A stretch of 20,403 nucleotides of DNA from Lentisphaeria bacterium (GCA_041690595.1 JAWLHB010000037.1:62001-82403); one strand, 5' to 3'; shown: positions 9,770 to 18,318, counted from the stretch's first letter. Made by a program: numbers and translations. Notes: generated by a model not told the origin, from the sequence alone.

Positions 9770-10399
9770 ATGTCACGCAAGTACATTGGCATCTTGATCG
9801 CGGTGGCGGTGGCCGCCGTGACCTTTCACCTGGTGCGTTCCCTGGGCAGCGACGGACCGCGACCACATACGGACAAGCATGAGGCGGAGGTCGGGCGGAC
9901 GGCCGCGGAACTGATCCAGGCGACAGGCGAGGGCGGTGGCACCGTCACCATCCTCTACCTGTATCCGGAAAAGAGCGAGCCCTACGCCTCGCGTGCCCAT
10001 GCCCTGCGTCGTCACCTGACGGAATCCGGCCTGATCGTCAACGAAGTCTGGTCGCGGGAGGAGGGTCATTACAATGACGACGACTTCACGGCCAGCATCG
10101 ATCTGGCGCTTGACGGATACCCCGAGAGTGACTGCCTGGCGATTGTGGCGGTGGGCAGTGTCACGCACGCCGGCGTATCGCCGAAGCTGAAGGAGTTTCT
10201 GACGGCGGGGGGCAAGCTCTTCCTGGTCGGAAGCACCCATCATGAGTCGCCCTTCGTGGAACTGGCGAAGCGTGGCTACGCGACCATCCTGGCGCGTCGG
10301 ACGACGTGGTTGAAGGAGGCGGACGAGCATCCCAGGCTGCAGGCGGCGCCGGAGTTCGTGCGCAGCCAGTTCACCCTTATCCAATCCAGCCCCAACTAA
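9770..10399 (+). CDS. Membrane-anchored hypothetical protein, possibly a single periplasmic-binding-protein-like alpha/beta domain
   Basis: Start re-assigned to ATG 9770 after AAGGGAGG RBS. N-terminal hydrophobic helix YIGILIAVAVAAVTFHLV, then alternating beta/alpha pattern (TVTILYLY...RAHALRRHLTESGLIV...ALDGYPESDCLAIVAV). Tightly packed in the operon (14 and 11 bp gaps). Confidence 0.7.
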   Translation: MSRKYIGILIAVAVAAVTFHLVRSLGSDGPRPHTDKHEAEVGRTAAELIQATGEGGGTVTILYLYPEKSEPYASRAHALRRHLTESGLIVNEVWSREEGHYNDDDFTASIDLALDGYPESDCLAIVAVGSVTHAGVSPKLKEFLTAGGKLFLVGSTHHESPFVELAKRGYATILARRTTWLKEADEHPRLQAAPEFVRSQFTLIQSSPN

Positions 10400-10410
10400 T
10401 CAGTGGTGAT

Positions 10411-11430
10411 ATGGTGAAGTATCTGAAGGTGTGCCTGGCCGTGTTGGCCGGCTTTTTCATGACGGCCTCGGCTCAGGAGAAGGTGGTGAATGTTTATTCC
10501 CACCGCCACTACGAAACCGATAAGCGGTTGTTCGCACAGTTCGAGAAGGAGAGCGGCATCAAGGTCAACATCGTGAAGGCGAATGCGGACGAGTTGATCA
10601 ATCGCCTGCAGATCGAGGGCAGCAACTCGCCGGCCGATATCCTGCTGACGGTCGATGCGGGGCGGCTCTGGCGGGCTCAGGAGAGGGGGCTGCTGCAACC
10701 CGTCGAGAGCGAGATCCTGCGGGAGAACGTGCCGGCCAACTTGCGCGATCCGGCTGGTCACTGGTTCGGGCTGACGACTCGGGCGCGGGTGATTGTCTAT
10801 GCCGCGGATCGGGTGAAGCCGGAGGAGCTGAGCACCTATGAGGCCCTGGCGGAGCGCAGGTGGCGCAAGCGGATTGCGGTCCGCTCCTCGGAGAACATCT
10901 ATAACCAGTCGCTTCTCGCGAGCCTGATCGCCAACGACGGTGTCGATGCTGCCGCCAAATGGGCGGAGGGCATGGTCGAGAATCTCGCCCGGAAGCCCAA
11001 GGGCAACGATCGGGATCAGATCAAGGCGCTCGCGTCTGGGCAGGCCGATCTTGCCATCGTCAACACCTATTATCTCGGACTGCTCCTCCACAGCGAAGAT
11101 GCGGGCGAGCGGGAGGTGGCGAGCAAGGTGGCGATCTGTTTCCCGAACCAGGGAGATCGTGGCGCTCACATCAACATCAGCGGCGCGGGCGTCACCCGTC
11201 ATGCGCCGAACAAGGATGCGGCCATCAAGCTGCTGGAATTCCTCAGTGGAGCAGAGGCGCAGGCGGCCTTTGCCGGGAGCAACTACGAATACCCGGTCAA
11301 CCCGCGGGTTCCCTGGAGCGAGCAGCTGCAGGCCTGGGGGGAGTTCAAGGCGGATGCCTTGAATGTCGGCGAGCTGGGTCGGCACAATGACGAGGCGGTC
11401 AGAATCTTCGATCGGGCAGGTTGGCGGTAA
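10411..11430 (+). CDS. fbpA: Fe(3+) ABC transporter substrate-binding protein (FbpA/FutA/IdiA family)
   Basis: Start re-assigned to ATG 10411; signal peptide ending ASA-Q; VNVYSHRHY, SPADILLTVDAGRL, WFGLTTRARVI, NIYNQSL, KGNDRDQI, NTYY tyrosine pair, HINISGAG, NYEYPV. Confidence 0.93.
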   Translation: MVKYLKVCLAVLAGFFMTASAQEKVVNVYSHRHYETDKRLFAQFEKESGIKVNIVKANADELINRLQIEGSNSPADILLTVDAGRLWRAQERGLLQPVESEILRENVPANLRDPAGHWFGLTTRARVIVYAADRVKPEELSTYEALAERRWRKRIAVRSSENIYNQSLLASLIANDGVDAAAKWAEGMVENLARKPKGNDRDQIKALASGQADLAIVNTYYLGLLLHSEDAGEREVASKVAICFPNQGDRGAHINISGAGVTRHAPNKDAAIKLLEFLSGAEAQAAFAGSNYEYPVNPRVPWSEQLQAWGEFKADALNVGELGRHNDEAVRIFDRAGWR

Positions 11431-11434
11431 CATC

Positions 11435-13078
11435 ATGGCGAATGGGTTGCAGACATCATGGCGGCGTGCGTGGAGCCCGTGGACGGTAAGTACCGCGGCG
11501 CTCACCGCCATGGTGATGGCGCCCTTCGTGGTGCTGGCGGGATACCTGGTCTTCGGCGTGGCGGCGGAGTGGGGGCATATCGCGCGCCACCTGCTGCCCC
11601 GCTACATCGGCAATACCGCCATGCTGACCGCCGGCGTGGCGCTCGTTACGCTCCTGATCGGGGTGCCCACTGCCTGGCTGGTCGCCGTCTACGACTTTCC
11701 CGCGCGGCGCACCCTGGCATGGGCACTCCTGCTGCCTCTGGCGATCCCGACCTACCTTGCCGCCTTCACGTGGGCGGGGATTCTCGATTGGGCGGGACCG
11801 GTGCAGAGCACGCTGCGGCGCACCTTCCCCGGCCACGACGGCACCTGGCTGCCCTTCGAGATCATGTCCATGCCTGGCGCCATCCTGGTGCTGGCGAGCG
11901 TCCTCTACCCGTATGTCTATCTGGTCACGCGCGTCTCGTTTCAGCGCCAGTCGCATCTGGTGCTGGAGGCGGCTCGGACGCTGGGCCGTCCGCCGCTGCA
12001 GTGCTTTCTTCGGGTGGCCTTGCCCCTGGCGCGTCCGGCGATGGCCGGCGGTGTCGCCCTGGCGCTCATGGAGACGCTCAATGACTATGGAGCGGTGAAG
12101 TATTATGGGATCGATACCTTTACCACGGCGATCTTCCGGGCCTGGTTTGGCCTCAACGACATGACCTCCGCGATCCGCTTGTCGGCGTGCCTGCTGGGAG
12201 CGGTGGCGCTGGTGATGGCGCTGGAATACGGCTTGCGGGGGCGAGCGCGCTTCGGGAACGGCGGGTCGGATCAAGGTGCGCAGCGGCTGCGGCTGACGGG
12301 ATGGCGGGGGTGGGGCGCAAGCCTCGTCTGCGCCTTGCCGGTGCTTGTCGCTTTCGTGGTGCCGGTGCTGATGCTGTCGGCCTGGGCCGCGTCGACCTGG
12401 CGGCAGGTGCTCGAGCGGGATTTCCTGCTGCTGGTGCGCAACAGCTTTCTGCTGGCGGCGGGAGCCGCGCTGGTGGCGGTCGTGATCGCGATCGTGATCG
12501 CCTTCACGGTGCATCTGTATCGGCGGCGTTCGCTTCGCCTGATCGCCGGCGCGGCCTCGGTGGGCTACGCGGTACCGGGGGCAGTCATCGCGATCGGGGT
12601 GTTGGTACTCTGCATCGCCGGCGATCGCCTTCTCGGTCGCTGGTCCGCGGGCCATACCGGGCTCCTCTTCACGGGAAGTGTGGCGGCGTTGCTGGGCGCC
12701 TACGTGGTGCGCTTCCTGGCCGTCGGCAAGCAGACGATGAGCGCCGGCTTCGAGGGGCTCGGCAATCGGTTGCAGGCGGCGTCGCGGACCCTTGGGGCGG
12801 GGCCGTCGCGGACGTTGTTTCAGATCGAGCTGCCGCTCTTGCGTGGTTCGGTCGCGGCGGCCGCTCTGCTTCTCTTTGTGGAGGTTTTGAAGGAGTTGCC
12901 ATTGACCTTGATCCTTCGACCGTTTAACTTCGATACGCTTGCGACGCGCGCCTACCAGTATGCCAGCGAGGAAATGCTGGCGCAGTCGGCCGCACCGGCG
13001 CTGCTGATTCTCCTCACCGGGCTTCTGCCCATCATCCTGATCAATCGCCTCAGCCAACGCCAGGCCTCACCTTCATGA
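11435..13078 (+). CDS. fbpB: Fe(3+) ABC transporter permease (FbpB/FutB family, duplicated TM domain)
   Basis: Start re-assigned to ATG 11435; many TM helices; LPLAIPTY, LYPYVYL, EAARTLG and AASRTLGA EAA loops, METLNDYG, KELPLTLILRPFNFDTLAT. Confidence 0.93.
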   Translation: MANGLQTSWRRAWSPWTVSTAALTAMVMAPFVVLAGYLVFGVAAEWGHIARHLLPRYIGNTAMLTAGVALVTLLIGVPTAWLVAVYDFPARRTLAWALLLPLAIPTYLAAFTWAGILDWAGPVQSTLRRTFPGHDGTWLPFEIMSMPGAILVLASVLYPYVYLVTRVSFQRQSHLVLEAARTLGRPPLQCFLRVALPLARPAMAGGVALALMETLNDYGAVKYYGIDTFTTAIFRAWFGLNDMTSAIRLSACLLGAVALVMALEYGLRGRARFGNGGSDQGAQRLRLTGWRGWGASLVCALPVLVAFVVPVLMLSAWAASTWRQVLERDFLLLVRNSFLLAAGAALVAVVIAIVIAFTVHLYRRRSLRLIAGAASVGYAVPGAVIAIGVLVLCIAGDRLLGRWSAGHTGLLFTGSVAALLGAYVVRFLAVGKQTMSAGFEGLGNRLQAASRTLGAGPSRTLFQIELPLLRGSVAAAALLLFVEVLKELPLTLILRPFNFDTLATRAYQYASEEMLAQSAAPALLILLTGLLPIILINRLSQRQASPS

Positions 13079-14136
13079 TCTTGCTTATCGACCATCTTTC
13101 CAAGCGGTTCAGGCAACAGGAACATCCCGCCCTCGATGCCGTCAGCTTCTGTGTGGAGGCGGGCGACATTGTCTGCCTGGCCGGCGAAAGCGGCAGCGGC
13201 AAAACGACGCTGCTGCGCTGCATCGCGGGACTGGAAGCACCGGACTCCGGCCGCATCAGCGTCGCCGGCGAGCTGTTGACGGAGGGGCCTGCCGTCGTTC
13301 CCCCGGAACAGCGGGGCATCGGCCTGGTCTTCCAGGATTACGCCCTTTTTCCTCACCTTACCGTCCTTCGCAACGTCATCTTCGGGCTGCATCATCTGCC
13401 GCGGCGGGAACGGCGGGGGCGGGCGCGTGAGATGCTCGACCTGGTGCGCATGAGCGACTACGAAGGGCGTTACCCCCACGAACTCAGCGGCGGGCAGTGT
13501 CAGCGAGTCGCGCTGGCCAGGGCCATGGCTCCCCAGCCGCGCCTTCTCCTCTTCGACGAGGCCTTTTCCAGCCTCGATCGCCAGCTTCGCCGCGCCATGC
13601 TCGACAGCGTCCGGCAGCTCCTGAAGCAGACTGGTACCACGGCCATCTGTGTCACCCACGACATCGCCGACGCGCTCGCATTGGCGGATCGTCTGGCCAT
13701 CCTCCGCCAGGGAAAGCTCCTGCAGATCGGCACCCCCCACAGCATCTATGACCGCCCAGTCGACCAGTATGTGGCCACCTTCTTCGGCGACACGAATCTG
13801 GTGCCCGCGGAAGTCTCGCCCTCCTGCGTGACGACCGATTTCGGCACCCTCGCCCGACCCGAAGGGGTGAACGGCGCCCGCCACGCGTGGCTCTCCATTC
13901 GTCCCCACGACCTGCAGATCAAGGCCGCCGGGGAAGGCGCCTGCGGCACCGTCATCGATGTCCGCTTCCAGGGACATTGCCAGGAATTGCATGTGAAGCT
14001 CCGGTGCAGCCAGCGCCGTCCGTACCGGGTCCATGTCCCGCTCGATGAGAGCTGGAATGTGGGTGACTGCATCCACCTGCTGCCGGAGGCGGACAAGGTG
14101 CGCCTCCTGGCCAGCCAGACCGTTGATGAAGGCTGA
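13075..14136 (+). CDS. fbpC: Fe(3+) ABC transporter ATP-binding protein (FbpC/FutC family)
   Basis: GESGSGKTT, VFQDYALFPHLTV, LSGGQCQRVALARA, LLLFDEAF, VTHD, C-terminal TOBE-like region; ATGA overlap with the permease stop. Confidence 0.92.
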   Translation: MILLIDHLSKRFRQQEHPALDAVSFCVEAGDIVCLAGESGSGKTTLLRCIAGLEAPDSGRISVAGELLTEGPAVVPPEQRGIGLVFQDYALFPHLTVLRNVIFGLHHLPRRERRGRAREMLDLVRMSDYEGRYPHELSGGQCQRVALARAMAPQPRLLLFDEAFSSLDRQLRRAMLDSVRQLLKQTGTTAICVTHDIADALALADRLAILRQGKLLQIGTPHSIYDRPVDQYVATFFGDTNLVPAEVSPSCVTTDFGTLARPEGVNGARHAWLSIRPHDLQIKAAGEGACGTVIDVRFQGHCQELHVKLRCSQRRPYRVHVPLDESWNVGDCIHLLPEADKVRLLASQTVDEG

Positions 14137-14153
14137 GGAATGCGCCGGGATGA

Positions 14154-14937
14154 TCACCCTTGGGGAGGGGGAGCGGACGGATTTAACCACGAAGTATACG
14201 AAGAGCACGAAGGTTTGATTTACGGAAAAACGTAGATCGTTGGGTAGCGGGTCACCCTTGGGGAGGGGGAGCGGACGGATTTAACCACGAAGTACACGAA
14301 GAGCACGAAGATTTGATTTACGGAAAAACGTAGATCGTGGTTGACGACCTGGGTAGNNNNNNNNNNNNNNNNNNNNNNNNNNNNNNNNNNNNNNNNNNNN
14401 NNNNNNNNNNNNNNNNNNNNNNNNNNNNNNNNNNNNNNNNNNNNNNNNNNNNNNNNGGGGAGCGGACGGATTTAACCACGAAGTACACGAAGAGCACGAA
14501 GATTTGATTTACGGAAAAACGTAGATCGTGGTTGACGACCTGGGTAGCGGTCACCTTTGGGGAGGGGGAGCGGACGGATTTAACCACGAAGTACACGAAG
14601 AGCACGAAGATTTGATTTACGGAAAAACGTAGATCGTGGTTGACGACCTGGGTAGCGGTCACCCTTGGGGAGGGGAAGCGGACGGATTTACCACGAAGTA
14701 CACGAAGAGCACGAAGATTTGATTTACGGAAAAACGTAGATCGTGGTTGACGACCTGGGTAGCGGTCACCCTTGTGGAAGAGGAAGTGGACGGATTTAAC
14801 CACGAAGTACACGAAGAGCACGAAGATTTGATTTACGGAAAAACGTAGATCGTGGTTGACGACCTGGGTAGCGGTCACCCTTGGGGAGGGGGAGCGGACG
14901 GATTTAACCACGAAGTACACGAAGAGTACGAAGATTT
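14154..14937 (+). repeat. Tandem array of a ~108-bp unit (at least 7 copies, interrupted by an assembly gap), each carrying one CACGAAG-triplet element
   Basis: Units start (TCACC) at 14154, 14252, then after the gap a partial unit from 14457, then 14551, 14659, 14766, 14875; periods 98 (internal deletion), 108, 107, 109. Consensus TCACCCTTGGGGAGGGGGAGCGGACGGATTTAACCACGAAGTACACGAAGAGCACGAAGATTTGATTTACGGAAAAACGTAGATCGTGGTTGACGACCTGGGTAGCGG. Confidence 0.97.
14357..14456. other. Assembly gap (100 N)
   Basis: Run of exactly 100 N inside the tandem array; true copy number unknown. Confidence 1.
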
Positions 14938-15048
14938 GGGTTCAGATTCTGCTGAAGCCAAGGATAAGCATTATGAATATTGTAAAGGTAACGAATATCA
15001 TAAAAAGTTGCTTTCAGAACCTTCGTGCTCTTCGTGTTCTTCGTGGTT
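14906..15048. repeat. Inverted doublet (REPIN-like) upstream of the GxxExxY gene
   Basis: Forward arm 14906-14933 AACCACGAAGTACACGAAGAGTACGAAG; reverse arm 15021-15048 CTTCGTGCTCTTCGTGTTCTTCGTGGTT; 87-bp AT-rich loop. Confidence 0.92.
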
Positions 15049-15200
15049 ATACTTGTAGCGTCAGAGTTGATTTATGCTGGCTTACATCGAAAATAATAAT
15101 GGACTCCGTGTTGAAAGCAACTGCATGAATCGTTAAGTTGCAGCGTAACGCAGGAAAACCGTATCCTTGCACCACAAAGAGGATGAGGGGGCAACGAGGA

Positions 15201-15572
15201 ATGGAGTTTGATTCGCTTTCGAACCGAGTGATCGGCTGTGCGATTGAGGTCCACCGTGAACTTGGGCCCGGCTTGCTCGAATCCACTTATGAGCAATGCC
15301 TGGCGCACGAGCTGAATCTGGGTGGGATCGCATTCCGCCTCCAGCATGCGCAGCCTGTCGACTACAAAGGCATCCGCCTCGATTGTGGCTACCGTGTTGA
15401 TATCCTCGTGGAGGATGTGCTGATTCTGGAGTTGAAGAGCGTCGAGCAGCTCACGGGCATCCATGAGGCGCAACTGCTGACATACATGAAGCTGGCGCGC
15501 GTCAAAACCGGTTTGCTGATCAACTTTAATGTCACGAAACTCAAGACTGGCATCAAGCGTCTCGTTCTGTGA
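15201..15572 (+). CDS. GxxExxY protein (PD-(D/E)XK nuclease superfamily, PDDEXK_3-like)
   Basis: Start re-assigned to ATG 15201 (123 aa): VIGCAIEVHRELGPGLLESTYEQCL (G-x-x-E-x-x-Y), YRVDILVEDVLILELKS (D...E-x-K), HEAQLLTYMK, GLLINF. Confidence 0.96.
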   Translation: MEFDSLSNRVIGCAIEVHRELGPGLLESTYEQCLAHELNLGGIAFRLQHAQPVDYKGIRLDCGYRVDILVEDVLILELKSVEQLTGIHEAQLLTYMKLARVKTGLLINFNVTKLKTGIKRLVL

Positions 15573-15590
15573 CTCCTTGCGGCCGGATTT

Positions 15591-15680
15591 AACCACGAAG
15601 AGCACGAAGAGCACGAAGGTGCTGCTTATTGCAGTACTGTTTTTTTCAGAATCTTCGTGCTCTTCGTGTCCTTCGTGGTA
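15591..15680. repeat. Inverted doublet (REPIN-like) downstream of the GxxExxY gene
   Basis: Forward arm 15591-15618 AACCACGAAGAGCACGAAGAGCACGAAG; reverse arm 15653-15680 CTTCGTGCTCTTCGTGTCCTTCGTGGTA; 34-bp loop; sits between convergent stop codons (15572 and 15742). Confidence 0.92.
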
Positions 15681-15741
15681 ATATTCTTACCGTGGGATGA
15701 TCACCGAAGCGGGACATTGCACATGGTTGTTTGTCGGTGGA

Positions 15742-16479
15742 TCAGAGGTAGTGGATGCGGTAGGCGTTCTCGGCCATGAGGCGGGCGTTGTGGGCGTCAC
15801 CGCCGTCGAGGTTGGCACTCATGAATACGGGGGGGGTATAGCCGTCGGCGACGAGTCGGGCGACGGTTTCCGCGACGATGGCATTGGCGATCGCGGTGCC
15901 GGTGACGGTGGAGAGGGGACCGACCGCCTGGGGAAAGCCGGCAATGGGCACCGCGGCATCGCCGTAGGGGGCCTCGTTGTCGATGACCAGATCGCAGACA
16001 TCCTTGAGCTTGTAGCCATCGGGATGGCGGCTGGTGACGCCGTCGGTATAGGCGATGGAGGTGATGGCGATGGTGGTCGCGCCGCGCTCCCGGGCGGCGA
16101 GGGCGAGGTCGATCGAGACGGCATTGCGCCCACTGGTCGAAGCGACGAGGACGATGTCGCCCTTCTCTACCTTCACGGTGCCAAGCAGTTCGCGGCCGAG
16201 GCCGGGCAGGCGCTCGAATTGCGAGGTGGAGGGCATCGGACGCACGAGCAGGTTCATGCCGTGCGGATAGATCGGGTTCATGAGCATCAGGCCACCGGTG
16301 CGGTAGACCATCTCTTCGGCGACCATGAAGGAGTGGGAGGCGCCGAAGGCATAGAGCGCATTCCCTCCCCGGATGGCGTTGACGAAGAGATCGGCGGCCT
16401 TGTCGATCGCGTTGGCCTGACTGCGGCGTACCCGTTCAAGGGCATCGATGGCGGCGGCGAAATAGGCATCGGCGCTCAT
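15742..16479 (-). CDS. SIS (sugar isomerase) domain protein, UPF0309/SIS_2-like
   Basis: LYAFGASHS, EEMVYRTGGL, SQFERLPG, GDIVLVASTSGRNAVSIDLA, IAITS, SRHPDG, DLVIDNEAPYGDA, PPVFMSANLDGG. Confidence 0.92.
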   Translation of the reverse strand: MSADAYFAAAIDALERVRRSQANAIDKAADLFVNAIRGGNALYAFGASHSFMVAEEMVYRTGGLMLMNPIYPHGMNLLVRPMPSTSQFERLPGLGRELLGTVKVEKGDIVLVASTSGRNAVSIDLALAARERGATTIAITSIAYTDGVTSRHPDGYKLKDVCDLVIDNEAPYGDAAVPIAGFPQAVGPLSTVTGTAIANAIVAETVARLVADGYTPPVFMSANLDGGDAHNARLMAENAYRIHYL

Positions 16480-16480
16480 G

Positions 16481-17227
16481 TTAGTAGCCTCGTTGCTGGT
16501 AGGTGGCGCGCGTGCGGTCGTTGTGCTCGGGGCCGCCGTCGCGGTTGTGACTGATGAGGATGCTGGCGGGCGAGCCGGCGGCGGCGGTCTTCTCCATCAC
16601 CATGCCCCAGAGCAGCCACCCGGCCGCATCCTGGCCGAGACCGGACATGGGGATGAGGGCTGACTCGTAGCCGGGTACCTCGACGCCCGCATCGCCATAG
16701 GGCGCACCGATGTCAATGGCGACATCGACCGCTTCGCGAAGGCGTTTGCCGCTGGGATGGAGCGACTTCACCCGCTCGGTATAGGTGAAGGAGGTGAGCC
16801 CGATGGTCCCCACGCCGATCTCGCGGCAGCCGAGGGCCAGCTCGACCGGTCCGCGGTTGCGGCCGGAAACCGAGGACAGGAGCATGACGTCGCCGGCGCG
16901 CAGGTTGCTCTGCCGGATGGCGGCGCGAACCCGCTCCAGGTCACGGTTGTCCGCTTCCGGATCGACGGCGGCGCGGCACTTCGGGAGGGGATTGGTGACG
17001 TTCATGTGGAAGGAGAAGGGCTGCACCGCGCAGAGGCCGCCGGCGCGATTGATGAAATCGCCCTGGAGCCCATGGCCGATCTCGGAGCAGTTGACGGTGC
17101 CGCCGCTGAGAAGGGCCTTCACGACCATGTCGGCCGCGCGTTCAAGGACCGGCAACTGGGTGGATTCGAGGTGATGCAGGATGCCGCGTACGGCGTCGAA
17201 GTAGCGGGCTGGCGTCTGGAGGGTCAT
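16481..17227 (-). CDS. Second SIS domain protein, divergent paralog
   Basis: IGHG, NRAGGL, GDVMLLSSVSGRNRGPVELA, IGLTS, SLHPSGKRL, DVAIDIGAPYGDA; GAGGA RBS upstream. Confidence 0.88.
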   Translation of the reverse strand: MTLQTPARYFDAVRGILHHLESTQLPVLERAADMVVKALLSGGTVNCSEIGHGLQGDFINRAGGLCAVQPFSFHMNVTNPLPKCRAAVDPEADNRDLERVRAAIRQSNLRAGDVMLLSSVSGRNRGPVELALGCREIGVGTIGLTSFTYTERVKSLHPSGKRLREAVDVAIDIGAPYGDAGVEVPGYESALIPMSGLGQDAAGWLLWGMVMEKTAAAGSPASILISHNRDGGPEHNDRTRATYQQRGY

Positions 17228-17236
17228 GGGGTGTCC

Positions 17237-18169
17237 TCAGGAGGTGCGGTTGGAGACTTCTGCAAGGAGGGTGGCAATGGCGGGATCGGCCGCGGTGCCA
17301 CGGATGCGCCGCAGGGCGTCGATGCCGAGACTGACCACCGGCGGCTCGAGCAGATGGAGGGTCGTGAAGCGGGGGGCGATCTCGGCGATCTTTTCCCACA
17401 GGCGGGTGCGGTACAGCTCGCAGTGGCGGATCAGGCTGCCCGTCCCCACCACCGTGTAGGCGTCGTTTTCGATCTGGAGCACAGTGACCAGATCGCGGAA
17501 GGTCTCGGCCAGGGCGGTCGCCGCCTTGTCGATGATCCGGCAGGCAACGGCATCCCCTTTGGTCGCCTCCTCGCTGACGATGCGGGCGACGGAGGCGACC
17601 AGCGACCGGTCGCGGCTGAAGAGGGCCAGGTCGATCATTTCCATCGGACGCTTGATGCTGAAGGCGTCGAGGACGCGATCGCGCAGGGAGGTGGCATGGC
17701 GCGGGTGCCAGTCCGCGCGGAAGGCGGCCTGGATGGCGAGCCAGCCGATGTGGTAGCCGCCGCCGAAGTCGCCCAGAATGGGGCCGCCTCCATCCAGATG
17801 GCGTTCCCGTCCATCGGCCGTGGTGGCATGGGCAAAGGCGCCGGTGCCGGCAAGGAGCACGACCCCCTGCTGGAGATTGGCATGGGCCATGGCCGCTTCC
17901 CATTCGCTGCCCGGAATGTAATCGATGCGTTCGTAGTTGCGCAGGCTTTTCAGGGGAACCAGCAGCCCCAGCGTGATGAGGTAGACCGTCTCGAAGTGGC
18001 GCTCCACATCGCCGAGTGTTTCCCGCAAGGCGTTGGAGATGGAAATGATGTTGCGGCCGCCGACGCCCAGCATGGCGTTGTGGCCCCACCCGAGAATATG
18101 CCCCTCGAGATCGAGCAGCATGATCTCGCATTTGCTGCCCCCGGTATCGATGACAAGAATCGCGTCCAT
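17237..18169 (-). CDS. BadF/BadG/BcrA/BcrD-type ATPase, N-acetylglucosamine/N-acetylmuramate kinase-like
   Basis: Start re-assigned to ATG 18169 after AAGGAG RBS; LVIDTGGSK phosphate loop, VLLAGTGA, DGGGPILGDFGGGYHIG, GDAVACRII. Confidence 0.88.
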   Translation of the reverse strand: MDAILVIDTGGSKCEIMLLDLEGHILGWGHNAMLGVGGRNIISISNALRETLGDVERHFETVYLITLGLLVPLKSLRNYERIDYIPGSEWEAAMAHANLQQGVVLLAGTGAFAHATTADGRERHLDGGGPILGDFGGGYHIGWLAIQAAFRADWHPRHATSLRDRVLDAFSIKRPMEMIDLALFSRDRSLVASVARIVSEEATKGDAVACRIIDKAATALAETFRDLVTVLQIENDAYTVVGTGSLIRHCELYRTRLWEKIAEIAPRFTTLHLLEPPVVSLGIDALRRIRGTAADPAIATLLAEVSNRTS

Positions 18170-18318
18170 GGATCTCCTTGGTCTGCGTTTTCCCAATCGT
18201 CTGGTAATATGCGCGACCTGCCTCGCCAGACAACCCCCGAAGCGAAATTATAGAAATTCCTGCCGCCCGCCGGGTAAGCCTCGCGCGGTGGTAGTCAGCG
18301 GGTAGGAGCAGGAGTATA

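Noticed and set aside
14318..14920. 200-aa repetitive ORF (VLFVYFVVKSVRSPSP...) and related short ORFs (TTKYTKSTK, NHEVHEE) at 14033-15128
   Set aside because: They are translations of the 108-bp DNA repeat, span the N gap and shift frame at 1-bp indels between units; no coding constraint.
14154..14937. CRISPR array next to a Cas4-like PD-(D/E)XK gene
   Set aside because: The sequence between the 28-bp motifs is near-identical from unit to unit (no unique spacers), the motif also occurs in inverted orientation, and no cas1/cas2 or effector genes are in the window.
14906..15680. Classical insertion sequence (IS) with terminal inverted repeats
   Set aside because: No DDE, HUH or serine/tyrosine recombinase ORF, and no target-site duplication was evident; reported instead as a candidate non-classical repeat-associated system.
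15591..15680. Rho-independent terminator between convergent genes
   Set aside because: The T-run lies inside the loop rather than after the stem, and the stem belongs to the dispersed repeat family; a terminator or RNA-stabilising role is possible but not supportable.
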